A stretch of DNA of 64,000 nt from an uncultured Solirubrobacterales bacterium. Lineage in GTDB: Bacteria > Actinomycetota > Thermoleophilia > Solirubrobacterales > Solirubrobacteraceae. Positions 18,526 through 27,209 of the stretch are shown here, in pieces. Where the stretch lies: the NCBI GenBank assembly GCA_963788565.1, contig CAWBHJ010000014.1, positions 40,374 through 104,373 on the forward strand, read 5' to 3'. The position numbers and the translations under genes were made by a program. Position 1 is the first letter of the stretch; every line of letters begins with the position of its first letter. The notes beneath the pieces were generated by a model, which did not search any database, was not told the DNA's origin, and saw only the letters and a program-made list of their open reading frames with translations.

Positions 18526-20306
18526 GCTCAGGCGCACCACGGCTGGTGGGGCCGCGCGTGGCGGTGATCGAGCGCCGCGGGAAGTTCCTCGTCGCCGAGC
18601 CGTTCTTCGACCGCGGGCCGCGGCTCGCGGTCAGCCGGGACCGCCGGGCGGAGGTAGGCGATCTCGTCGTAGTCGATTCCGGCAACCGACGCAACGGCCG
18701 GAGCGGCGGGCGCGCGACGGTCTCGCGCCGGATCGGCCGGCCCGACGTCGCGCGGGACGTGATCGAGGCGCTGATGCTCGACCGGGGGCTGCGGCGCTCC
18801 TTCGACCCTGCCGTCGAGCGCGAGGCGCGCCAGGCGGCGGAATCGGTCCCGGTCGAGGCCGGCGCTGGCCGGCGAGATCTCCGGTCGCTGACCACGTTCA
18901 CGATCGACCCAGTCAGCGCGCGCGACTTCGACGACGCGATCTCCGCGGCGCGTGAGCCCGACGGCACTCATCGGATCTGGGTCCACATCGCCGACGTGTC
19001 GGCATACGTCCGCCCCGGGAGCCTCGTTGACCGCGAGGCGTACCGCCGCGGGACGAGCGTGTACGTGCCGGGCGCGGTCGAGCCGATGCTCCCCGAAGCG
19101 CTCTCGAACAACGCCTGCTCGCTGGTCCCCGGCGCCGATCGGCCGGCGGTGAGCGTCGAGCTCGTGTTCGACGGCGACCGGGTCACGAGCAGCTCGTTCT
19201 ACCGGTCGCTGATCCGCTCCGACGAGCGGCTCGACTACGACCGCGTCGACCGGGTGTTCGCGGGCGCCGAGAGCGCCTCGGAGCCGTGGGGCGAGCCGCT
19301 CGCCGCCGCCCGCGAGGTGGCGGCGGCGCTCCAGCAGCGGCGCGCCGCGCGGTCGGCGCTCGTGCTCGAGTCGTCCGAGCCGGAGTTCGTCTTCGACCGC
19401 CGCGGAAACGTCGAGCGGATCGCGGCGGTGCAGCAGACCGAATCGCACCGGCTGATCGAGCATCTGATGATCTCCGCCAACGAGCAGGTCGCCGCGTTTC
19501 TGGAGTCCCGGCGCGTGCCGACCCTGTACCGCGTGCACGAGCCGCCCGACGGCGACTCGGTCAAGCGGCTGATCGAGCAGCTGGCGTCGCTCGGGGTCCC
19601 GACGCCGCCGGCGCCCCGCGGGGCGATCGCGCCCCAGCAGGCCGGCGAGCTGGTGGGGGAGGTGTCGCGCACGGTCGAGCAGTGGGTGAGGAGACATGAG
19701 GGGCGCGGGCGACGCGCACTCACCAGCCTCGTGCTGCGGTCGCTCAAGCAGGCGCATTACGACCACCGCAACGCCGGCCATGCGGGGCTGCAGTCGCCGC
19801 AGTACTGCCACTTCACCTCGCCGATCCGGCGCTATCCGGACCTGATCTGCCACCGGGCGCTCCTGTCGGCGATCGGTGGCGGCGAGCCCGCGCCCGACAC
19901 CTCGTTCGTCGTGGAGGCGGGTCCGCTGTGCTCGGCGCGCGAGCGCGAGGCGATGGTGATCGAGCGCGACGCGGACGACGTCGCGACGTGCTTCCTGCTC
20001 GAGCGGGCGCTGTTTGACTCAGGCGCCGGCTACGAGACCGAGTTCGACGGCGAGGTCGTCGGGGTGATCGGCGCCGGAGCGTTCATCGCGTTCGGTTCGG
20101 AGCTGTCGTTCGAGGGCATGCTCCCGGTTCGGCGAATGCGCGGAGATTGGTGGGAGCTCAATGAGCAGGGGACGATGCTGGTCGGCGCGCGTACCGGCGA
20201 CGTGCTCAGGCTCGGCGACGCCGTCCACGTGCACGTCGCGCGCGTCGACGCGCCGCGCGGACGCGTGGACCTGCTGCCGGCGCTCGATCCGGAGGAGGTG
20301 GCGTAG
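18522..20306 (+). CDS. rnr: RNB-domain 3'-5' exoribonuclease (RNase R / RNase II family)
   Basis: The RNB motif is FTIDPVSARDFDDAIS. IHLMISANE-like and HFTSPIRRYPDL motifs are also present, and the C-terminus is S1-like. The GTG overlaps the upstream stop. Confidence 0.82.
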   Translation: MSSGAPRLVGPRVAVIERRGKFLVAEPFFDRGPRLAVSRDRRAEVGDLVVVDSGNRRNGRSGGRATVSRRIGRPDVARDVIEALMLDRGLRRSFDPAVEREARQAAESVPVEAGAGRRDLRSLTTFTIDPVSARDFDDAISAAREPDGTHRIWVHIADVSAYVRPGSLVDREAYRRGTSVYVPGAVEPMLPEALSNNACSLVPGADRPAVSVELVFDGDRVTSSSFYRSLIRSDERLDYDRVDRVFAGAESASEPWGEPLAAAREVAAALQQRRAARSALVLESSEPEFVFDRRGNVERIAAVQQTESHRLIEHLMISANEQVAAFLESRRVPTLYRVHEPPDGDSVKRLIEQLASLGVPTPPAPRGAIAPQQAGELVGEVSRTVEQWVRRHEGRGRRALTSLVLRSLKQAHYDHRNAGHAGLQSPQYCHFTSPIRRYPDLICHRALLSAIGGGEPAPDTSFVVEAGPLCSAREREAMVIERDADDVATCFLLERALFDSGAGYETEFDGEVVGVIGAGAFIAFGSELSFEGMLPVRRMRGDWWELNEQGTMLVGARTGDVLRLGDAVHVHVARVDAPRGRVDLLPALDPEEVA

Positions 20307-20308
20307 CC

Positions 20309-20794
20309 GTGGCCAAGGGCCGAAAGCGGAAGGCGTCGCCGGGCGATATCGCCACCAACCGCCAGGCGGCGTTCCGCTACAACCTGCTCGATCGGTTCGA
20401 GGCGGGGATCGTGCTGACCGGCACCGAGGTCAAGTCGCTGCGAGAGGGGGGCGTGCAGCTGAAGGACTCCTACGCGGTCGTCCGCGACGGCGAGGTGTGG
20501 TTGATCGGCATGTACATCGCCCCGTACGGCCCCGCCTCGCGGGAGAACCACGAGCCCGAGCGCGAGCGCAAGCTGCTGCTGCACCGAGGCGAAATCGACC
20601 GGCTGATCGGCGCGACCCGCGAGCGCGGGCTGACGCTCGTGCCCACGCGCGTGTACTTCTCCGACACGGGCTCGCGGGCGAAGGTCGAGATCGCGCTCGC
20701 GCGAGGGAAGGACATCCACGACAAGCGCGAGACGATCCGCCGGCGCGAGTCTCAGCGTGAGATCGCGCGCGGGATGCGCGACGCAGAGCGGTAG
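20309..20794 (+). CDS. smpB: SsrA-binding protein
   Basis: NRQAAFRYNLLDRFEAGIVLTGTEVKSLREG and KLLLHRGEIDRL are present, and the C-terminal tail is basic. Confidence 0.93.
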   Translation: MAKGRKRKASPGDIATNRQAAFRYNLLDRFEAGIVLTGTEVKSLREGGVQLKDSYAVVRDGEVWLIGMYIAPYGPASRENHEPERERKLLLHRGEIDRLIGATRERGLTLVPTRVYFSDTGSRAKVEIALARGKDIHDKRETIRRRESQREIARGMRDAER

Positions 20795-20833
20795 CGACGC
20801 GTAGAGCGGGGCCGCACCGGGTAGGCCGCCGGT

Positions 20834-21067
20834 ATGACCATTGGGGCAGCAATCGTCCTGATCGCCGTCGGCGCGGTGATGAAATGGGCCGTGACGGCGC
20901 ACATCAACGGCTTCGACATACAGACCGCCGGGATGGTGATCTTCATCGTCGGCCTGGTCGGGCTCGGACTGTCGATCCTGTACTCGTTCGTGTGGTCGCG
21001 GGAGGCGCGGTACGACGCCTACGACCCCTCGCGCCGTCCGCCTCCCGGATCGCCGCCGGCCGTCTGA
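20834..21067 (+). CDS. Small two-TM membrane protein (DUF6458-like)
   Basis: MTIGAAIVLIAVGAVMKWAV and AGMVIFIVGLVGLGLSILY are two hydrophobic helices, followed by a Pro-rich tail. Confidence 0.6.
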   Translation: MTIGAAIVLIAVGAVMKWAVTAHINGFDIQTAGMVIFIVGLVGLGLSILYSFVWSREARYDAYDPSRRPPPGSPPAV

Positions 21068-21149
21068 GCGCGCTAAGCGCTGTGTCCTGAGTCGGAGGGT
21101 CGGCGGTACCGAGAGGGGTCGCTGGCGCCGGCTGAGAAGGACGCAGGGA

Positions 21150-21174
21150 GGGGCAATATTGGACATATTGCCCC
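21150..21174. other. Perfect 10-bp-stem AT-cored inverted repeat between convergent genes
   Basis: GGGGCAATAT-tggac-ATATTGCCCC. No flanking U-tract on either strand. Confidence 0.6.
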
Positions 21175-21240
21175 GACCGAGGACGCCGTCAGGCGGGGCC
21201 AGCGGCCGCTCGAATGCCGTCGACTTTTCGACTCAGGGCA

Positions 21241-22134
21241 CTAGCTGAACGTCCGGGCGAGGTGGGTGGCGTCCATACCGACCACCAGCAGTGCGATCAG
21301 CCCGAGGTAGGTCGCGGCGATCAGCGCGCGGTCGCGTGGGCGAACCCGGTAGTACGCATGCTGCTCGGGGCCGCCCGCCCTGCGGAGCTTCCACCGCTTG
21401 TAGGTCTCGTAGCCGGCGATCAGCACGATCAGCAGCATGATCGGGTTGGGGAAGATGATCGCCAGCGGGATCATCGCCACGAACCCGAGGAACCACATCC
21501 ACGGCGCCATCGCCGCCATCGCCCGGCCTCCGTCGAGCGGGACCACCGGCAACAGGTTGAACAGGTTGAGGAAGAAGCCGGTGAACGCCAGGGCGCGCCA
21601 GAGGTCGTTGCCGGTCGCGAGCCACACGACGATGCAAGCGGCGGAGCCGATGCTGCCGAGGATCGGGCCGGCGAGGCCGACGCGAGCCTCAGCGGTGGCG
21701 TTCCTACCCAGCGACTTCGCGCTGATCACCGCGCCGAGGAACGGAATGAACATCGGCGCGCTCGCCTTGATCCCCTCCCGACGGAGCGCGATCACGTGCC
21801 CCATCTCGTGGATCAGCAGCAGCACCGTGAACCCGGCCGCAAACGCCCACCCGAACACGAAGCTGTACGCGGCGATCGACACGATCATCGTCCCGGCGGT
21901 CGTCAGCAGCTTCAGCTTGGGAAGCAGCAGGATCGCCGTCTTCAGCTTCGTGAGCAGCGCGACGATCGCCGCGAGCATGCCGGCGAGTCCGCGCTTGGAG
22001 CGCGGCCGGCGCTCATCGGAGCGGTCCGCGGGCGGGCCGGGAGGCAGGACCTCCGGCTGATCGGACTGGGTCGGCGCCTGGACCGGCGCCGGCCACCACG
22101 CGCTGCTGGACTCCATTTGGATTGATTCTGACAC
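21241..22134 (-). CDS. M50 family (site-2 protease-like) membrane metalloprotease
   Basis: The HExxH motif sits in a TM helix (LLLIHEMGHVIALRREG), and the protein has multiple TM segments. The start is the GTG at 22134 or the ATG at 22116. Confidence 0.8.
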   Translation of the reverse strand: MSESIQMESSSAWWPAPVQAPTQSDQPEVLPPGPPADRSDERRPRSKRGLAGMLAAIVALLTKLKTAILLLPKLKLLTTAGTMIVSIAAYSFVFGWAFAAGFTVLLLIHEMGHVIALRREGIKASAPMFIPFLGAVISAKSLGRNATAEARVGLAGPILGSIGSAACIVVWLATGNDLWRALAFTGFFLNLFNLLPVVPLDGGRAMAAMAPWMWFLGFVAMIPLAIIFPNPIMLLIVLIAGYETYKRWKLRRAGGPEQHAYYRVRPRDRALIAATYLGLIALLVVGMDATHLARTFS

Positions 22135-22245
22135 CGGGCGGTTGCGTTTCCGGCTCTCTTAAGAGGTTCTTCGGGAGCGCGCCGCACGGGCCCTTGTCGC
22201 AATCGCCACGAGGATCGCGGGTATACTCGAGAGAGAACAACCCCC

Positions 22246-22621
22246 GGGGACGACTGGCTTCGACGTGGTCGGATCGTGGGGGTGGTTGCGAGTCGAGGTC
22301 CCGGGAGGCCTCGTAAAACACCCGGGAACCAATAAGTGCGAAGCAAGATACGCACACCTTTGACCTCGGTCTCGCTGCTTAGTCAGTAGACCGGTGGTCA
22401 GGCCCGACCTCCGCCCGCCTGCGGCCGAGAATCGGGATCAACTAGCAGGCTCACTCGGTGAGGACCGCTCCGGCCGATCCGAGGACATCCTTTACGGAGC
22501 TGGCTCCCTACAACCCCGCCGGCGAGGCGAGTAGGGAGCGAGATTCAGAGCGCCGGACACACTCGTAGACGCCATCTCTTACGCGACCGCGGACGCGGGT
22601 TCAATTCCCGCCGTCTCCACC
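22246..22621 (+). ncRNA. ssrA: tmRNA (SsrA)
   Basis: The 5' end is GGGGACGACUGGCUUCGACG. The 3' end has a T-arm plus acceptor, GGACGCGGGUUCAAUUCCCGCCGUCUCCACC, with the acceptor pairing to the 5' end. The internal tag reading frame GCG AAG CAA GAT ACG CAC ACC TTT GAC CTC GGT CTC GCT GCT TAG (22338-22382) follows CCAAUAAGU. Confidence 0.9.
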
Positions 22622-22632
22622 TCTGAGAAGGG

Positions 22633-22668
22633 AATCGCCCTCCGTGCCAGCGGGGGGCGATTTGTTTT
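22633..22668 (+). terminator. Intrinsic terminator after ssrA
   Basis: AATCGCCC (22633-22640) pairs with GGGCGATT (22655-22662) and is followed by TGTTTT. Confidence 0.6.
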
Positions 22669-22753
22669 ACGCGGGGAGCGATTTTGTCAGCCGCCGCGAG
22701 TCTCAGACCGTCGTCCTGGATCGTGGGGCGACGGTGCCTACCATGCGGCGGGC

Positions 22754-24349
22754 GTGAGAGACGCCCGGAATCGGACGCTGCTGCTGACCTGTCTCGTGCT
22801 TGTCGGGGCGCCGACGCTCGGCGCGTGTTCGTCGGGCGGCTCGCACGCGCCCAAGATCACGGTCTCGCCACCCGCCGTCGTGGGCCCGATCCCGTCGAGC
22901 TCCCGCGACTTTCCATTCATCGCCGACGGATTCGGTCCGGAACCGCCGGTGCCGCCCGGCTACGAGGAGAACGAGTACTTCGTCTCGGGCCGTGGACGGC
23001 TCTACGAGTACACGGGGACGGGCGTGCGCGTCGTCTCGCCGTGTCCGGCAAGTGCCGAACAGGCGGGTTGTCGGAACGTCCCGTACACGACGAGGATGCT
23101 CGTCAAGCGGCCCGTCAACCCCCGAAGGTTCAGCGGGACGATCGTGGTCGAGCCGTTCAATCCGTCCTCTGGCTACGACATCGCGAACGTCTGGGACCGC
23201 TCGTGGCCGTATTTCGTCAGCCGCGGGGACGTCTTCGTCGGGTGGACGGCGCGGTACGCCGCGATCAACGCGCTGAAGCTGTTCGAACCCGGTCGCTACA
23301 GGCCGCTGAGGTGGGGTCAGAACAGCGTCGTCGACGATGGGATCACGTTCGATATCGCGGCACAGATCGGGGCGTTGTTCAAGCTCAACGGTCGCGGCAG
23401 CCCCACGCACGGTCTCAGGGTCAGGCGCGTGTTCGAAGCGGGCTTCTCCCAGGACGGTGGATTCGCGTTCACGCAGGCGGACGTGTTCAACTCGATCGAA
23501 CGACTGTCCGACGGCCGACCGGTGTACGACGGCTACGTTCCAGGAGGCACCCTCGGACCCGCCCCGAGCATCAACTTCGATCTCACCCCTGCCGGCTCGC
23601 TCCCGCCGAGCGATCGCCGAAACCGGATGCAGCCGCGCGACGTGCCGGTGATCCAGATCAACACCGAGACCGAGGAGGCGATCTTCGGCGCTGCGACCGG
23701 ACCCGGCTACCGGCGCCCCGACAGCGACGCCCCGGGCGACCGGTACCGGTTGTGGGAGGTTCCCGGCGCCAGCCACATCTCCAACGATCTCGGCGCCACA
23801 ACGATGACCGAGCAGCGCGACCTTGCGGAGCTGGAGGGAATTTCGCTTGCGGCTCTGCCTCCCACCGGCTGCACTCACCAGCAGTTCATCAAGGGTGCCT
23901 GGGTCGGAGTGCCCGGGACGATCTCCCCGAACACCTACCCGTTTGGCGACGTCGCCGATGCCGCGTTCGACGACCTGACGAACTGGGTGAACCACGGCAC
24001 CCCGCCCCCGCACTCGGCCAGAATTGAGATGACGTCCTCGGGCAGCGTCGCCCGGGACCGGTTCGGTAACGCCCGCGGCGGCGTTCGGACGCCGTTCGTA
24101 GACGTCCCCACGGCCACATACTCACCGGCGGATTCGGTCGCGCACGACACCGACCTGGCCGGGCTGTGCGTTCTGATGGGCCACAGCACCCCGTTCGGCC
24201 AGGCGAAGCTGCAGGCGCTCTATCCCAGTCACGCTGACTACGTCGCGAGGGTCAAGCGCGAGGCCGATGCGCTTGTCCGGCAGGGGTTCTGGCTGCAGTC
24301 AGATGCCGCCCGTGTCGTGGCGCAGGCGGCGCGCGCCGAGGTCCCGTAG
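22754..24349 (+). CDS. Lipoprotein with an alpha/beta-hydrolase-domain (Abhydrolase_10-like) architecture
   Basis: The signal plus lipobox is LVLVGAPTLGAC. GYEENEYFVSG...RMLVKRPVNPRRFSGTIVVEPFN resembles that family (recalled, not searched). Confidence 0.65.
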   Translation: MRDARNRTLLLTCLVLVGAPTLGACSSGGSHAPKITVSPPAVVGPIPSSSRDFPFIADGFGPEPPVPPGYEENEYFVSGRGRLYEYTGTGVRVVSPCPASAEQAGCRNVPYTTRMLVKRPVNPRRFSGTIVVEPFNPSSGYDIANVWDRSWPYFVSRGDVFVGWTARYAAINALKLFEPGRYRPLRWGQNSVVDDGITFDIAAQIGALFKLNGRGSPTHGLRVRRVFEAGFSQDGGFAFTQADVFNSIERLSDGRPVYDGYVPGGTLGPAPSINFDLTPAGSLPPSDRRNRMQPRDVPVIQINTETEEAIFGAATGPGYRRPDSDAPGDRYRLWEVPGASHISNDLGATTMTEQRDLAELEGISLAALPPTGCTHQQFIKGAWVGVPGTISPNTYPFGDVADAAFDDLTNWVNHGTPPPHSARIEMTSSGSVARDRFGNARGGVRTPFVDVPTATYSPADSVAHDTDLAGLCVLMGHSTPFGQAKLQALYPSHADYVARVKREADALVRQGFWLQSDAARVVAQAARAEVP

Positions 24350-24404
24350 CCCGCCGAGGCGGTGACGCAGGCCAATGGCGCGGCTGTGAGCCGTCATCGA
24401 GAGC

Positions 24405-24423
24405 CGTCGGGTTGCACCCGACG
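24405..24423. terminator. Short GC hairpin between convergent genes
   Basis: CGTCGGGT-tgc-ACCCGACG. Confidence 0.35.
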
Positions 24424-24432
24424 ACGGAGCAG

Positions 24433-25056
24433 CTAGCTCAGTGTGATCACCGTTTTGCCGCGCGCGCGGTGGGCCCCCGCAGGGTCGAGGGCGGCGGGGG
24501 CTTCGTCCAGAGGAATGCGCGTGATTGGCGGGGCGACGATGCGTTCGCCAACGACGGCTTGTGCCACCCGCTCGAGGAGGTCGCTCGACATCTGTAGGGC
24601 GAAGTTGACGCCGGTGATCCCGGTCGCGCGGAGCCCCTCTTCGTCAGCCACATATTGAGTCGTCACCGCGCTACCGCCCGACTTGACGAGCGGGGCGAGC
24701 GCGGCAAAGCCGGTGGCGTCGCTGACGAGGTCGAGGAGCGCATCGATGCCGTCGGGGTGTGCCTGTCGCACCGCGTCAACCAGCGCGACCTTGGTGTGAT
24801 CGATCGTCTCGACAGCCCCGTAACCGCGCATGCGCTCGGCATCGTCGTCGCGAACGTTCGCGATCACATTGGCGCCGGCGTTCGCGGCGAACTGAGTGGC
24901 AAACGAACCGACACCGCCACCCGCCCCGACGATCAGCACGGTCTTGTCGGTCAGCGGCTCGAGCAAGTCCACCAACGCAGACCCGGAGCCGCCCGCCGTC
25001 GGCAACGACGCGGCCACGACATCGTCGAGTCCGGCAGGGACTCTCGCAAGGGGTGA
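24433..25056 (-). pseudogene. 5'-truncated remnant of an MDR-family NAD(P)H quinone oxidoreductase / zinc-type alcohol dehydrogenase
   Basis: Only the Rossmann half survives: LPTAGGSGSALVD..VLIVGAGGGVGSFATQFAANAGANVIA...GKTVITLS. The ~110-aa GroES-like N-domain is absent. Upstream in this frame is antisense to the next gene. Confidence 0.65.
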
Positions 25057-25062
25057 TGCCTC

Positions 25063-25648
25063 ATGGCTGATAGCGATCCCACGATCGTTCTCGTCCACGG
25101 CGCGTTCGCTGACGCATCTGGCTTCCGCGGTCTGTACGACGAGCTGCTCGGCGAGGGGGTGACGATGATCGCGCCGCCGAACCCGTTGCGGGGGATGACC
25201 GGGGGCGACGGCGACTACCTCAAGGGCGTGATCGGCGAGATCGACGGACCGGTCCTGCTGGTCGGCCACTCGTACGGCGGCGCGGTGATCACCGCCGCCG
25301 GCACGGCGGACAACGTCGTCGGCCTCGTCTACATCTCCGGATTCGCTCCGGATGAGGGCGAGAACCTGACCGATCTGCAATCCAAGTTCCCGCCGCCCGG
25401 AATCGTCCCGTACATCGTCCCGCACCAGTTGCCGGACGGCAGCAGCGAGTTCACGCTCTCGCTCGATGGCTTCCACGAGTCGTTCTGCGCCGACATCCCG
25501 GCCGATGACGCCGCGTTCTTGGCGATCTCCCAGCGCCCAGATCACCGAGGTCGAAGGCGCCTCCCACGTCGTCTTCATCTCGCACCCCAAGAAGGTCGCG
25601 GAAGTTGTCATGACCGCCGTGCGCACCTGCGCCGCGCAGACGGCCTGA
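25063..25648 (+). pseudogene. Alpha/beta hydrolase disrupted by an internal deletion plus frameshift
   Basis: The first part reads IVLVHGAFAD...LVGHSYGG...AAFLAISQRP, then runs into Arg-rich nonsense. The expected C-terminus ITEVEGASHVVFISHPKKVAEVV, which carries the catalytic His, lies in the +1 frame (ORF 25466..25648). About 40 aa are missing between the two parts. Confidence 0.65.
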
Positions 25649-25759
25649 CCTCTGGGAACCGGCGGGCGAGGCTGGGAAGGCATCTACGGGAACGCGACCG
25701 CGTTCGGCAGCGAGGCGACCGCGACGTCTATCGGAACAAATTGAAGGTCGGCTGAACGT

Positions 25760-26458
25760 CTAGGTTCGCTCGATCGTCGCGAGCCACGCCGCGGCGCCGT
25801 CCCTCATCCAGGGCTGCGCGTCTTCGTTCACCGAGGACGGGTTGATCTCGATCCGGTCGGGGACGATCGAGACGACGTTCCAGCCCGACGCGAACGCCGT
25901 TCGGAGCTCGGCCTGAGTGACGCGGCGCGGCCCCTCGGTCCCCGGGGTCGCTTCGCTGAAGCACAGCAGCTGGAGCACGCTTCCCGGCCTCGTGACGGAG
26001 CCGAGGCTCTCGACGTAGGTGCCTCGCTCGTCGTCGTCGAACGTGTGGAACAGCCCGACGTCGAGCACGCGGTCGAACGTTCGGCCGAGCCGTTCGAGCC
26101 TTAGGGCGTCGCCGACGAGGAAGGTCGCGTTGATCTGACGGTCGGCAGCCTTCTCGCGTGCCTGCTCGATCGCGGTCGGGGCGATGTCGATCCCAAGGAC
26201 CTCGCAGCCCCGCGTCGCGAGCTCCAGCGCCTGCTCGCCCGTGCCGCACCCGGCGTCGAGCACGGACCCCGCGAACCCGCCGCGATCGGCGAGTCGGACG
26301 ATCGCGGGCTGTGGCCGGCCGAGGTCCCAGGGCGGCGCACCCTGGCGGTACGACTCATCCCACGGACGCCCGGCGCGGCGCTCGTGGTCGCTGGCGGTCC
26401 GGCGGGCGAGAGGGTCGTCGTCCAACACGCTCGGAGCTTGGCCGCAGACGCTCGGCAC
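25760..26458 (-). CDS. Class I SAM-dependent methyltransferase (TPMT-like)
   Basis: PPWDLGRPQP is present, motif I is VLDAGCGTGEQA, and LGIDIAPTAIEQA follows. Confidence 0.8.
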   Translation of the reverse strand: MPSVCGQAPSVLDDDPLARRTASDHERRAGRPWDESYRQGAPPWDLGRPQPAIVRLADRGGFAGSVLDAGCGTGEQALELATRGCEVLGIDIAPTAIEQAREKAADRQINATFLVGDALRLERLGRTFDRVLDVGLFHTFDDDERGTYVESLGSVTRPGSVLQLLCFSEATPGTEGPRRVTQAELRTAFASGWNVVSIVPDRIEINPSSVNEDAQPWMRDGAAAWLATIERT

Positions 26459-26534
26459 GTCAAGCGCTTCGGAACTGGCGCAGGCGGGACTTACGGTCTG
26501 TAAATTCGTCTCGTCTGCGGAGACGGGAGGGTCG

Positions 26535-27209
26535 ATGCAGCGGGAGAGGTCTATAGCGGTTGTGCCGCTGACGCTGGCGCTGGCCAGCCCGCTGCTCGTG
26601 CCGTCGGTGGCCCAAGCGAGCGGTTACGTCCGGGGCTGCACCAACTGGGTCCAAGGGCCGACGCCAAAGGACGCTCACTGCGCCGGCCAGTGGTTCCAGG
26701 CCGGCCCGGGTGCCGACGGATACGGGGGCACGCTGATGTGGGCGATCTCCCCGTGCGCGAGCGCGCGGCGGGCGCGCTGTACGAGGGTCGTGAGCCGCGG
26801 CGGCACGCAGCTCGGTGTGTACATCGACGACACGATGCCGTGTCCGGCGAGTCTGGCCGGCACCCCGGCCACCTGGTACAACGCCAACTGGGAGGGCTGG
26901 TTCGGGGTGCCGTGCGTCCAGTACTGGGTCAACGACGAGCGGCAGAACAACCCGAACCACGGGCTGATCTACGCGGCGATTGGCTACTGCGGCTGCATCG
27001 ACGGCTCGACCGACACCAAGTTCTCCGGTGCCGACGCGACGCTGGTCGAGTGGTACCCGTTCTCGCAGTCCTCGTTCGACGGGTTCCCGCCACCCGACGA
27101 GCAGGGCTACATCCTCCAGTACGCGTACAACAGCCCGAGGCCCCGAATGGGTGACATCCTGTGGGCGTGGGGACAGGCTCACGTCCAAGGGGTGCTCGCG
27201 TACTACTAG
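26535..27209 (+). CDS. Secreted Cys/Trp/Tyr-rich orphan protein (224 aa)
   Basis: The RBS GGGAGG lies 5 nt upstream of the ATG. The signal peptide is IAVVPLTLALASPLLVPSVAQA. The mature part has about 10 Cys. I recognise no family. Confidence 0.65.
   Translation: MQRERSIAVVPLTLALASPLLVPSVAQASGYVRGCTNWVQGPTPKDAHCAGQWFQAGPGADGYGGTLMWAISPCASARRARCTRVVSRGGTQLGVYIDDTMPCPASLAGTPATWYNANWEGWFGVPCVQYWVNDERQNNPNHGLIYAAIGYCGCIDGSTDTKFSGADATLVEWYPFSQSSFDGFPPPDEQGYILQYAYNSPRPRMGDILWAWGQAHVQGVLAYY

Noticed and set aside
21942-22357. Three ORFs (137, 114 and 64 aa) in the M50-to-lipoprotein gap
   Set aside because: They lie over the tmRNA gene and its promoter region, and their sequences are Arg/Pro/Ser-rich with no family resemblance.
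22622-22753. Integrase-mediated genomic island inserted at the ssrA 3' end
   Set aside because: There is no integrase or recombinase gene, no duplicated copy of the tmRNA 3' end anywhere in the window that I could see, and no clear compositional shift. It is kept only as a weaker accessory-tract observation.
24433-25683. A 416-aa minus-strand ORF that could be called as one protein
   Set aside because: Only the C-terminal half resembles a real protein (the MDR oxidoreductase Rossmann domain). The N-terminal half is antisense to the plus-strand hydrolase gene and is low-complexity Arg/Asp-rich.
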